Shown here in pieces: positions 31,020 to 44,900 of a DNA stretch of 64,000 nucleotides. Numbering within the stretch: the first letter of the stretch is position 1; each line of letters opens with the position of its first letter. A program made the translations under genes and the position numbers. The stretch is taken from the NCBI GenBank assembly GCA_040954595.2, contig CM082578.2, positions 9,967,519 to 10,031,518 of the forward strand. Reading direction: 5' to 3'. The notes below the pieces were generated by a model that worked only from the letters and a program-made list of their open reading frames with translations, was not told the DNA's origin and ran no database searches. The DNA comes from Balanoglossus misakiensis (lineage: Eukaryota > Animalia > Hemichordata).

Positions 31020-32405
31020 TCCAACTTTTGCTAACAGTAACAGTCCAGTACACAGTCTCTTTTTCTCTCTCTCTCAATAGACAATACTTGCAGCTGCCTC
31101 AGTGGGACCAGGGATTATCGAATCACTACCGGAAGTTCTCAACAGATCCGAAGCACAGTCTTCCACTTCGTCGGAATCATTCACCAGATCGTTGTCGTTA
31201 TTTTGATCCGTCCATACTGCGAAGCCCGTGGATTGTTTACGGGGTGTTCGCGAGAACCAAACCTGCTTGGATCTGATGCAACCGCCTTCCTAGATCCTCG
31301 GTGTCGGCATGTCGTTGTTACATAATGCACTGGTAATACTGCCCTCTTGTGTTAAAACAGTCGGTGCGTTTGTTTTTAGAGTCCATTTCCCCATGAATCA
31401 ACTTGTTACGCACGATTGGGACAGACGCATAAATATTTATGGTTTTGACTGTCTTTATTACAACAAATAAAAACGCACACAGGTGTGAAATCTGTATGTC
31501 ACGCCAAATTATACTTCCTATGATGAATGCTGTTTACTGCATTAGACCTCCGGCACCTTTGCAAAGGAGTTGCAAATCAAAATGTTTTATATACGTACAA
31601 AAACTTGGTATCCCGGGCCCGATTTCTAAGGTAGTAGATACTGTTTTACTCCATGTATTTCTAAAAGATATACTAAAGCACCCAAATATTTATAATAGCT
31701 TTATACGATCTTTTTACTCACTTTATGCATAGTGACATTGCGTCCTATCCAGTCAGTCACATGCATCCACAATCATTCCTGATTTGTTCATACGAGGTGC
31801 CCACCTCTAATGTTTCATTTGATTCTCACACACTCGTGAGAATCAAATCCTTTGGCCATTTTAATTGCCACGATCTAAATTTTAAATCTCTCGCCTCTTT
31901 TTCCGCTTCGTTTACTGTCGAGCCCCATAAAATTACCACGTATGCAAGTGGGCCTGGCCGGCCTGGTATGCATATGCAACCAAGCGTACGCGTCTCAGTT
32001 TCCGCGCAGTGCATATGGTCCGATTAATTGAAGTGGGATTTCCAAGCTCAAGTAATTTCTCTTTTTAAAAAAATACCTGCAGCTATACTTATATTTTCTG
32101 GATATGCTGTGGCAGGCCTACGTCACGTTCAATAGTTTAACTTTTACTCAGAGGCTGTAGAAAAGTTTAATAATTCGCAAGGTTTCATGGGAGAGTTGAG
32201 CCGAGGTCATTCCCCAGCTCATTGTTATGCAAATTTCACAGATCGACTTGCGATCATGACTTCCGTGTTGTCACCGGATTTACAGAGAACTTCTGACTCG
32301 GGTGGGCAAGCAAGCGTTCAGTTCTCGCCCTCAGAGAAAACCGACGGACCACAACCACTTTCGCCGTCTTTCTGGCTTCAGTTGTTTTGACGTCAGTCGG
32401 TGAGT
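31020..32405. promoter_or_regulatory. Candidate divergent promoter region between FAM185A-like (-) and plexin (+), with a putative non-coding first plexin exon ending at 32399
   Basis: CpG-retaining stretch next to CpG-poor gene bodies. ETS motif CCGGAAGT at 31129-31136, full CRE TGACGTCA at 32388-32395 and a strong donor G|GTGAGT at 32399/32400. The plexin ATG exon is preceded by an acceptor (ttgacag, 35951), so an upstream UTR exon is expected. Confidence 0.45.
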
Positions 32406-33595
32406 ACAGAAGTTAATCACACCAGTCATAATAGTTCAGTTGTTGCCATGATTACCAGAGGTTTGGACGCCTGACGTGCAATGCCAAATGATCGGACTTA
32501 GTACATGTAGTACTAGTAAGTATGTTGCGTCAGTGTGTGTGTCGATGACTTCATCATGCCCTTGTTGTCGATGTCAGGCATGTGTCGTACACTGAAGTTT
32601 TCATAAATTACAAGTATCTCTACTGTCAGCTAGCTGCGATCTCATTTGGGAGCTCAAATGTCCATCCACAGACGTGGCCCCGTGGCAGATGATCGGTTTC
32701 GTATGTAAAGTACACGGAGCTGGATCCGATTCCCAAGTTCTTGCAATGGTAGCCTGATCCCCCATTGAGCATGAGGTTGAGGTTACGTTGCAGAGTACCA
32801 TGGATCATATATACGAGTATATCCTTGAAATTTCTCAACAGAAGGGGGTGATCTACGGAAAAGTACTGATGGTACCTTCGAGATGGTATAGAGAGAGAGG
32901 GGGGGGGGGGGCATCTCCCCTTCTATTATAACTCGGTACCAGATCCGAAACTGTAAAATCTTGTTTGCAATCATGATCCATATAAACCGTGGCGTCTTAA
33001 AGTTGTTAATTAGCTGCCAGGGTTACATCATCATCATTTCCTGGTACAATGATATGTCAGTGCACAGTGGTGGCTTCATCAGGTCAGTGGTTGTAAAAGT
33101 GTCAAAATAAAATCATAGTCATACATGTTTGCGAGCCGTGACCCAAAAATATCAGACAAAAGTTGTAATTTGATATTGCAAGAGTATTATATGATGTACG
33201 TCAGTGTACAGTGCAGAATCAATTTAATATTTGACTTTTTTTCAAAATATTCAAATTTCCCTTCACATGCTGGACTTGTCCCAAAGACAGTTCAGCAAAA
33301 TATGATCTTCCCAGAAATCCACTTCCTTGTTCCTAGTCAATAGGATGTACAATGTATCTGTTTTCTTTTCCACTGGTCAGTTCTTCAATGCCACAGTGTC
33401 CCTTGGGAAGGTCATCAGGTCACAGGGGTCAGGAAACTGATCACATAAACACAATGCATAAGAGACACTTTTAATATAAGAACTTCCTAATCCAGGCTTC
33501 ACCAAGACATTATTTTCAGTTTATTTTGTTTTGGCCTAAACTTAAATAGTACTCATGTACAAGCCTGGTATTATGACAAGCAATGTACGGTGACC

Positions 33596-33710
33596 CAGGG
33601 CTCGAAATTAAGCGTTGCCCAATTGCCCGTGGCAACTAAATATTGATGCAGGGCAAGAAAGTTGTCAATTACCTTACTTGCCCGTTCGAGCAGCCAAAAA
33701 TTGACAGTAG
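33596..33710 (+). mobile_element. Possible one-ended DNA transposon relic (hAT-like CAGGG terminus)
   Basis: CAGGGCTCGAAATT followed by repeated TTGCCC/GGGCAA subterminal-type motifs. No matching right end was seen. Confidence 0.3.
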
Positions 33711-35979
33711 CTTGACATTACTCCGCTATGCACTGCCAACTTGCTAGCCTTTGAAGGGCAAGCCACTAGCAGTTCTAAAAATAAACTTCCATAACAACAT
33801 GTCCACTTGACGCTTTTTGACTGAATATAGATTTTGGACTTGTTTTACAGGCTCTTGAACTATAAGCCGTTGGTGCTTGTAGCTACATTGTAATCTTTTG
33901 CTGCAATGTCAGTTTTATCAGGTTCTGAACATGACAACTGACACATTCTAGAAGGTGCCAGTCTTTGACCTTTTCACCTCCCATGAATTTACAACTTCGA
34001 TAAGGATATGGTTTTTATACCAGACTCCTCTTGTGCATTGTAACATAGATCCCTCAAGGGTCTACAGAATTGGAATGAAATTTCTTTAGTTTACGTATAC
34101 ATGTACTGGTATATGTGTGAGTGTACATGTAGGTCCCTTATAAACTCCACTTTGTAGTATTATTTTGTTTCCCATGGTAGAAACCTTGCTGCTATTAAAA
34201 TAACCATTGGGTTCCACTTTAAAATCCTGCCATGAAACAAGATGAAACTGCATTTGTTTGTACAGTGTTTAGCACTCAAGATCAGCCAGGAGTAATGGTC
34301 AACAAGTCAATCAAAAAAGTGAACTTTGTCATCTGTTTGTCCATTTTACTAGTGTAATGGACTTGTTCAAGTTGATTACATTTATTAAATATTACATGTA
34401 CCTTTACAGTAAGGTCACCTCAGTAACCTACAGCAGATGTCAAGATCAACAGCAGTACATGATGTACATGTACTAAAAGTTTACTGATGACGAACTCATA
34501 GAGGTGTGTCCCTGAAACTAGTTAATTATTGCTATGAAGTAATGGAGGACTGTAAACATTCCTAGACTGTTTCCAGCCAATAAACAGCCTGCAGGCACTG
34601 ATGGTTAGTTGCTTGACTGGACATATTTCAATAGAAATGAATAAATAGCATAGCTCTTTAACAGATGCAAAAGTATCTGAGCTGGGAGCCCGGCGACAGT
34701 CTCGACATCCATGAAAAGGGTTTATTTCAACAACCTATATGGAGATATTAAGAGTAATACAAATAAAAATTGATACATGTAGTAATTACTTTGTCCTGGA
34801 AGTAACAAAATTGAAACTCTGTTATGAGATCAATATTATAACATTAATAAAGTAATTCTAAACTTTTCATGAAAGTTTTATTGGGTCAATTAATGTATAT
34901 ATAGTCATAAATCCTTACCATATAATGCCTACCAATGTATTTGAATCCTTATGTCGACCAGTGTTCTTCAACTCAGTATTTTTTGTATTATAAATTGCCA
35001 AGTACATGTATGCAAATGTCTAACACTAAGATATTACCCGTATAAATATATTTTGGCCCAGATTAAACATTTTCCACCAGACCAGGATATCCTTAATTGT
35101 AAACTCAGGATATCAGTATGTGTAAACATGGTCACAGCTCGATTCTCTGTTGCAAGTAGATCAAAAGTTCACTGTGCCAATTTCCTTCATGGAAAGTATA
35201 GATTCATCAAATTAAAGAGGATGTGTTTATTGATTGGCTGTCAGAAAGTATGAAACTTTCTGTCATGGGTTGTTGAAGTTGTGAATGCTGATTTAAGCTT
35301 TGTTTTTCCTTCAGACATTTCCGCATTCTGGTGCTGGTAAATTGTAATCACATTATGCAACAGGCAGTGTGCATAGGCAAATAATCTTTTTTGTGCTCCA
35401 ATCTATTGTTGCATGTCTGGACAGATTAAAGGGGCAAAGGTGCTATACATTTAATTGGTATTAAGGTTCTATTTCTTGGTATTGTAAGTCACTGATTATA
35501 TTTTTTCTGATACTTGTTATTTTCCATTTTCCCTTGTAATTTATAAGCGCTGTGAGTAATACTATAGTGACATGCTTGCATAGCTGTTTTTGTAACACAA
35601 CATAAATATTTCAGTTTCCTGCACTGGTCGGATCAATGTCATGTCATTGGTTAACAGTTTCTAAACTATCACCTTATGAATATACTACATGTATGTACAC
35701 GTACATGTCTCGTTAGACATTTATATCTAGTGATGAAACCACCGGTAATGCCTGTGTCATGCCTTTGTGCCCTAAAGGGGCTGTCTTCCTGGGATGACTG
35801 ACTCCATTCTCTTGGATAGACACCTGTATTCTGTTATATAGTACATGTATATGTACCTTCTGGCTTCAATTTCATGGCTACTGTTTCTCAAGGCAATACT
35901 CTTCATGCAACACTGATGTACAATACATGTACCTGTTTGTTTTATTGACAGATAAAGAAGTCACCTGTGATTGGATAAG

Positions 35980-38900
35980 ATGCCATCTTATCCTGTTTTA
36001 ATTATTCTACTCAGCCAGTGCTTGGTTTGTTGCTATGGTAATTACAAAGTTGGAAACTTCTCTGATGCCTGGTCCCATGGATTCAATCACCTGACAGTTC
36101 ATGGGAATGGGAGTGTGTATCTTGGAGGTGTGAATAATGTCTATAAATTGGACAACAAGTTGCAGTTACTGCATAATGTGACCACTGGACCAGTTGATGA
36201 TGCACCCAATGGGTGGACTGATGTTCATAACAAAATCCTTGCCATCAATTCTGTGGCTGACAATCTCGTGGTGTGTGGAAGTTACAAGGGCTACTGTGAG
36301 ATACGAAGTGCATCAGACCTGTCGCGCAGTCATGGAAATAATAATGTGTATGTAGCAGCAGATACTGTTGAGGATTCCACTGTTGGACTTGTTGCTGGTG
36401 GTTATGGTCAACAGATGTTGTATGTGGGAACTACAAGAACACAAGCTGGACTGGGCAACCCATTTGTGAGTGGCCGACAACTTGATGGCACAGGCTTATT
36501 TAATGTGATTGATGGTGAAACTCGAGTGCGCCAAGGGGTGGTAGCAGCAGAGTTTAGAATTACATACAATTTTGGATTTTCCTATGGAAAGTTTACTTAC
36601 TTTATAAACACCCAACAGTCAGACCCAAATAATGGAGATTCAGATCGCAAATCCAAAATTGCCAGAGTCTGTCAAGACAGAAGTCCTCACTATTATGATT
36701 CATTTACTGAAGTCGCACTGAAATGTACAGATGACAATGAATACCAGATACAAGCAGCATACATCACCAGACCAGGATCTGACTTAGTCAATGCATGGTT
36801 ACTGGAAGAAGATGAAGAGGTTCTGTTCACGGTATTCACCAAACAAGACACAACATCTGCAGTGTGTATGTACCGAATGAAAACTATTAAAGAAGCATTC
36901 ACAGGAGCTGTTAAAAATTGTCTCACCAGTGCAGGAGCGAGTTCACCTTATACTGTCAAGTATCTGTCTCAGAGTGGCTGTGGATCATCTACCACGGTGA
37001 GTTTTATATGATTACTGTTGATTAAGCCATAGCAGATAAATGTTAACATGTACAAGTACATGTAAGTACATGTATGTACATTCTTAAGTTTTGGAAACTT
37101 ACATTTAACAAACAAGTATGTGTTTATGTTGGTTTTGTTACAGTTATTCTATGTCAGCATGTGTCTGTGTTTGTCTGTCTGTCCATCTGGTGTTCGTGAG
37201 GTGTCCATAGACAAAATAATTTCCACTGAAAACTTGAAAACTACATGGCCAAATGTCATGCATCTTGGCACAAGCAGAGGTTCGGTAACATTTTTTTGAG
37301 TGCGTATTTTTGACGCATTCATAAAAAAAACTCCTTTCAGCCTGCGTCGCACACATGTCTAGTTCAATATTCATTAAACAAAACAAGGCTTATGTTTGTA
37401 CCATACGTGTATCTCTGCCAGTGTTGGCATTGCAAGCATTTACCAATTCACACCTGTTGCTTGGTTTTTGTGTGATTGACAGTTTCAGAATTACATGTAC
37501 ATTGTATGTCATTAGTGCTTCTCAATCCTTCTGAACCTACATGAAGACCTCAAACAGGTTTTTCTTGTCAAAATCAGTTTTATTTCTGCTCAAATCACAA
37601 CAAAGTTTCTATTACTAGCCATTAATAACAACTTGACCTTGGTTTTCATCTGATTAATAGTTTGTGGCTTCTGATCTGGTTTCAGTATTTTGAAGACTCA
37701 CTTGAATGCTATGCAGCAGGGTTCTATACGTATGCCCGTGACGAGACTGCAATCTCTGCTGTAGCCACATGGTCTGGTAATAAACAGTTAACAGCAATAG
37801 CTGTAACAACCATACAACAGCATACAGTGGCATTCCTTGGAAACAGTACTGGACATTTGTCAAAGGTATGTGCTAGTCATGTAAATACTTGTCCTGTTGT
37901 CTGTATAGCATTGTAGTTTGTTTATCAAAATTGTATATCAGTAACTGAGTACATAATATAAATGTTACTAGTACGTAAATACATTATATGTGCTTTACTA
38001 AACTTTAGTGTAGGGTGTATGTGTGTACAATGTATGTGTATATAGCAGCAAGTTACGTGTAATATGACAAATCAGCATTTCATGCATTATCTGTGTCACA
38101 GATTCAACCATATAATTCAAATTTTATTTCTGTTTTTCTTTTCCCTTTCCATCTTATGACAGTTACACATCACATCAAGTTCAGCAGACACATATGAGAC
38201 TTTCCCTGTTGATGATATGCAAGAAAGAATTCTCTCCGATATGGTATTTGATGTCAGCAAGGAGCACGTTTATGTAGCTACAAACAAAATGGTAAGATAT
38301 GTAGCAAGATAGTTTCTGAGATATTGTTAGTGGTAGTCAAAAGTAGCATATTTGAATCTCACCTTTCAAATAAATAGACTTGTTAGACATTGTTACCGGT
38401 ACTCAATTTTCAAGTAATTTGTCTTGAGTGAATATAACCAACATTAGCTGTTTACATGATTTATGTCATAATTAATTAATTAATTATATTAAAGGTATAC
38501 GGTCACCTATGGAAATTTAGCTACAGTTACCATGGTAAACATGAGATCTAGCCAATCATGGATTTTCAGTGGGTGGCACAAGCGAAAAAAAGAGCGCCAC
38601 CACATGTTCTTTAGAACGGTTAAATACGCCATATCAGCCATATATGGGCGTATGTAAATTGGAGGTGACTGTTACTGTATACCTTTAATCGACCAGATGC
38701 CCATGGTTTGGATATTACAGATAATATTTCTATTCATTTCACACAGGTTCATAAATTGAAGGTAGAAGATTGCAGTCAGTACACAACTTGTGAATCATGT
38801 TTTGCATCAATGGATCCATACTGTGGATGGTGTACTTTGGAAAGAAGGTAATGTTTTTGTGTAGATATATATACCAATCATTTTTACTTGGAGTTTCATT

Positions 38901-41900
38901 CCATGTATTCAAATTTTCTTTTGAGTTTTGTTGTATGTATCCTACATTGTAGGTTAAAGAGATTTTGCGCCCCATTCCATAGAGGATAGATAGTTAGATT
39001 CCGTGTTACCTGTTTTTGCATCCAATAACTGCTGTGTCCTGTATAATTCCATATACATTTTCTTTCCTTCCTTCCCACTGCCATTACTGAGTATAGCTAG
39101 ATTACACTTCTACCTCAAAGTGAAACATTGACTATGCCTCACTATACTGTACGTAGATCAGAGTTTCATGAAGTAACTTTTTTACCCCCTTCTCATAGAT
39201 GTTCACTGTATTCAAACTGCTCGCTTTCGAGTGAGACATCAAGATGGCTGGATGCTTTCTCTGTTAATCCACAATGTGTTGAGATCTTATCCATCTTACC
39301 AGCTGACAGTTCACCAATAGCTGTTCGAGACAAGGTGGGAGATCTTCATTTATCATGCTACTGAAAACACATAGGGTCATTTTGTCACAGATAAGACTTC
39401 AACAGTATAACATGCATCAGTGTTAAGCAAAGACATACATGAAATTTGTCCTACAACAAATGAAATCTTCAGGAAGGGCACCTTCAATGATCAACATCAA
39501 TGCAGATGTTTGCATTCAATTTATAAAATTTTATGTTTCTGTTCCCCAGATCACCATAGAAGTAGCTGAATTACCTGAACTTGTGGATTCAAACGTGTAC
39601 AACTGTAGTTACAGTGATGGTTTTGTGATTCCTGCTGACAAAAATGCTGGTCTCTTGACATGTGACACAACCCCAGTTGCTGAGAGACAATCTATACCAC
39701 CAGGACAAGGTAATATAACAATGCCTGTATATTCAAGTACATCTGCAAGCTTGTGTAATAATTTCCATGGTGAAATTAGTTTAACACTGTATTTATAAGA
39801 GAACTGAACTCATTTCTGCTATACCATGCAAAGTCAGCACTTTGACATTTCACATACATGTGTTTTTTGTCTTTTTAGATCATGTGACCATCACTTTGTC
39901 GATCGGAAGCACAGAAACAAATGTGTACTTTGTTGACACTGATTTCCACTACTATGACTGCTCAACACATAAATCGTAAGTAAAAGTGCAAAGATTATTA
40001 AAATTGTTTTGTGATATTTTTAAGAAGGACAAATTTTGATCCATAGTAAAATGGATAATGCAATTTATATACATGAATAGACAATCAAATGAGAAACATC
40101 AACTATTCCACAGTGGCACCAAGTTGTTTTATTTACTGTAAAAGATTGTAGTTTTGTCGGAATCTGAAATTTAGTGATTTAGCATTAATACATGTATACA
40201 TTCTTCACAAATACAGTGTTTGAAATTATTATCATCTTCAGCTTCCTGTTAGAAATGCTCACAGATATACATGGTCCACAAACATAGCCTGATAATACAG
40301 CAGACCAAACACTTGGTTTGTTTTGACCAACAAATCAATACCAGGTTCCCTTTACACTCTATTAATCAGTTTGGTGATATATCAAACAAACTTATGGGAG
40401 ATAATGACAGTTTAATATGAAGATTTGTGACTCAGTGGAATTTGGCAAACAAATAGCCAACCCAAGTATGGGCGGAACAACGTACACTATTATATTCAAG
40501 GTACACGTCATTCCATGGACAGTTTCAGGTCAAATGTATGTTTTAACGCCATGAAAATATGAAATATGCAGTATGAAAATAAGCATGGTCTGCAAGTTTA
40601 TATATGTGCCATGATGATCTGGAAAACTTTCATCAAGAAATCTGAAGACATTTACATTTTGCATGATGGTTCAATTTGATGCATTCACTGCCTGAGACAT
40701 TCAATTTGCAGTTGTGCAATTTTCAAGCATAATTATTTGTTAGTTTGATTAAATGGATTTAAACCTCTGTGCAGTTTGTATGGAGTAATTGTTGTCCTCA
40801 GTTAGGAATAGAAACTGTAAAGTCATCAATCATTTTGATTCACTGACTAAAATAACCACAATGAGTAGTATAAAGCCAGTGTTGTTTTCACTGGCCTTAA
40901 AAACATTTGAAGCTGTCAATTGAAATCTGCTGTTTACATTGAAAATACATGTATGCTGTTTTTACCCACGCGCCCACATCCCACACTCTCCAAATTGTCC
41001 AACCAAAGATATTATCTCAAAATTTCGCCCTTAGTCAGCGAAGGGATGGGCAACAATTGCATGGTTTGTTTTCGGTGTTTAAACCAGGAAATAGATTCAT
41101 TTATATTGTTTGAGTGTCGGTCTTCAGAAGATCTGTGTCAACACCTTTTGTAACCAGTTTCTCTTTGTTTTCAGTACCTATACCAGGAAACTTGTTAGTA
41201 TGTATGTCATTGTCAGTGAAAGTGGACCTATTTCCTCGTTCTGCTAAACTCAGTGGAGCGTTGTGAAAGGGGTGTAAAGATTTCCGCATTCAAGTCAATT
41301 ATATAATGTTATTTGGTTTTCCTTTTCAGATGTTCTGCATGTGTGTCCAGTGACTGGGCATGCAACTGGTGTATTTATGATAACCGGTGCACTGACTACT
41401 CCAACACACTGGCCATTTGTCCAAATGATGACGACTCATCAATTATAGTCGGAATAAATGTAAGCAAGCTAATGAAAGTCACTGTCTGATAATTTTTTTA
41501 ATTTACAAATTAGTGTCATGATCATATAACAAAAATTAGCATGATGCCTTGGTGGAAGATATTACTGGGTCATCAAATATCTTAGTTTCTCAAAGAAACA
41601 ATGGCTTAGTTTCTCAAAGAAACGTATGGTATTTTGTTTAATCTTAGTAAGTACCCTGATATTACTTTCCATTGATTAAATTGCCCAGACATGCACACAA
41701 ACTAAGGACACGGTTTGTTTCAGTGTGTTGCAAACTCAGATTTTCCAGGTTCATATTTACAATCCCACCAAGATTATTTTGAACACATTAGCAACAACAG
41801 TTTTGAAAACACAGGGAAAAAAATAACACTACAGCTACTGTTTCTTACAAAACAAAACAAAAAAGATCCTTTTTTATTTCACAATATTTATCTTAAGTGG

Positions 41901-44900
41901 TGGACAAACATGGACAATACCGTCTGAGATTTGTGTTACGCCCAGTACCATGCAGTGACGGGGTGGTTGAGATGTCAACGTATGATTATGTCTGAGTCTT
42001 GTAATGAAATGATCTTGGAACTGTTAATGTTACTGCAAAAGCCATCATACCCAGAATCTTCGTGGCAAAGCATTCTTTACTGATGTGCAAACTTATCGTC
42101 ACAGGATAATTATGATTCATAACCAATATAAAAAACCTTCTATTTCAATCATGGGATTCCTGCCCACAAATGCCAACAAAACAAACTTTACTTTTGTGCC
42201 CCGCCCACAGGTAGGAGGAGTTATATATACTCATACAAGAAATTGTTTTGAAAAGTCCAAAAATGTTTTTTCTTTTAAAACCAGAATGAATTTAATGAAA
42301 GTGAGACAGAAGGTCAGGGATACTGTCCTCAGCTAAGAGAACAGGATGAGATTTTGGTGGCAAATGGTGTAGCAAGAGAAATACATCTGATGGCAGACAA
42401 CCTCCGAGAGCTTAAGGTAAGATTTAGTTTGTATGGATATGACTTTTGACAGCCACTTTGAGAGGTCAGAGGTGACACTATATGCAACAAGGGGGTTTGA
42501 TTACTAGGCACGTATGAAACCTATAAATACTTGGAACAATGCCCTTAGTTCTGCCAAAAGATAGAACTGGTAACTCTTATACGTTACAGATGAACCAGAG
42601 GTTATCAAAGTATGCATTGTATGGCTCATGCAATACCTTGCCAAGATAAGAAACTTATTATTAAAATTAAGTGTCCCTTGTACTTCTGTACTAAATATCA
42701 TTGCAAATGCCAGAATATTTGTGACAAGAAAGTTTCTGTTGTGCCCCGATTTACTTTACGTGAAATTGAATGTAGCAATGACATCAAAGTTTGTATTTAT
42801 AATGAAACGTTTAGTTCATACTGCAGATCAAACCAATAATACTACCACACTTCAAGCAGATTGCGGTATTACTACCAAGAATCTGACTTCAGGACATATT
42901 TTGACCCAGCTTGTAGATTTTCTCTTGTGAAAGCCTCAGAAAGTTCAAAATGTTGGTAATTTTTACGTGGGCATATTATTTTTAGAGCGGCCAAGATGGC
43001 TACAAATGCGTCCTTACCGTGGAAGATGTGGAGCAGGAGACGACAGCCTCCAGAGAAAATGAGACCCTCCTCATATGCGATGAGAGAAGCGTGAGTTAAT
43101 CACTCTTTCAATTTTGCGGACTATCAGTTTTCAAACGTGTTACCAGTCACGTAAAAATGCTACAAAATGTAAAACCCCACAAAGAGCAGACTTGAAGATC
43201 AGTTAATTTCACTAGTGTCTTTTTTTCAGAACATCGTCAGTAAGCTAGACATTTTAACAAACAGCTTGTTGTCATTTACTTTAAGCCTCCTCCTTGAATA
43301 GACAGATGACCTCTGTTTGACCGGAGTGAGCTAACACCCAGTGAATTGCTTTCGGCAAAAGTGTGTGTCGAGTAGGTTTTGTGCGCTGCCATGTTAGTTT
43401 GACCATCGACAGTCTACTGGTTTGACTCTGTTTGATGTGATGGAAAATATGAATACTACAATGACACAATTTTGAGTTTTGACCAAATATTGAATGACAG
43501 ACACATTTTTTTAATTTGCAATTGAGAAACATGTTCAACCTGAAAAAAGTACATGTATTGCAAAGTCAGATGTCATGAAAAATACCAATATCGTCATAAC
43601 TCTCTGTATTGTACATTGCTTGTTCCACAGTATACCTACAACGCAATAGAGGAAGAAATGATCGTGGACATAAAAGTGGTATGGAACACAGACCATGTCC
43701 TGGACGATGAACACAACAACAATGGTAACCAATCAGTCTTACTATTTGCTCGATTCTTATATCATTTAAAGGTATACGGTCACCTATGGAAAATTAGCTA
43801 TACAAATGTAGTTACCATGGCAAATTGAGATCTAGCCAATCACAGATTTTCAGTGGGTGGCACACGCAAAAAATAGAGCGCCACCATATGTTCTTTAGAA
43901 CGCTCGGATACGCCATTACAGCCATATATGGGCGTATGTAAATTGGAGGTGACTGTATACCTTTAACATGGTCAGTTTGCACTCAATGATGTTCATCCTC
44001 ATATATTCATTTGTACCCGTAAAGTTTCTTATACAGTACTCAGTATCATGATTTTCTGCTCACTGTGGGATATCTTGCAAGACTTGTTTATCACCATAGC
44101 AAATGTTGAGAAATAAAAAAAATGTCATTGTAATTTAATAACTATCACCTTTGTGCGTGAAGGTTACAGATGTGAAGTTGGTCGGGAAGCTTGTTTTATT
44201 AAAGAGGAAAAACATAGCAGGGGTTGTAAAATATACCGGTCAAGGGTCAAGGACTGCTTTTAGTTCTCCACAGGCCAGCCATATCAATAATATACAAATG
44301 TACATGTACGGTCAGCTGAGTAGCTGTAGATATACATGTATTTTTCACACTCTCGCCTAAAGCAATATATTGTGTTTCATAATCCACGGAATGTGCCTCA
44401 GTCTGACCCCGTCACATGGTGAGAATTTCCCTCTCTTGCCACTGTGATGCATGGAATTAAGGTTAACAGTATGTAAAGATAAAATTTAGAAATTCAGGAA
44501 AAATTGTAGATTCCACAATGCAAGGGCAATAAGTACACATTTGTACCATTACCAAAATGAATTGGTGAAGTAAAAAATTAAGAGTGCAAAAGGCTAGTTT
44601 AGTTTAATCAGAACATGCTTGAAATATACTGGTGCTTGACTTTCATTTTTAAGTTCACTTATAGTACTGTAGCTTAGCTTCAAACTTCTCATTGTTTTCC
44701 AGTGATCCTTTACAAGTGTTCCGTTGGCCGTGGCGACTGCAGCGGATGTTTGTCCAACATAACCACCAGAGAAGAGCTTCAGTGTGGCTGGTGTCAGGGT
44801 GACGAGACGTGTAAGCAGATTGAGGAACAGTGCGGCGGCACTTGGCTGGACCAGCATCAGGCAGGAGAGTGCGGTGATCCAACCATTGACGATGTGAGTT

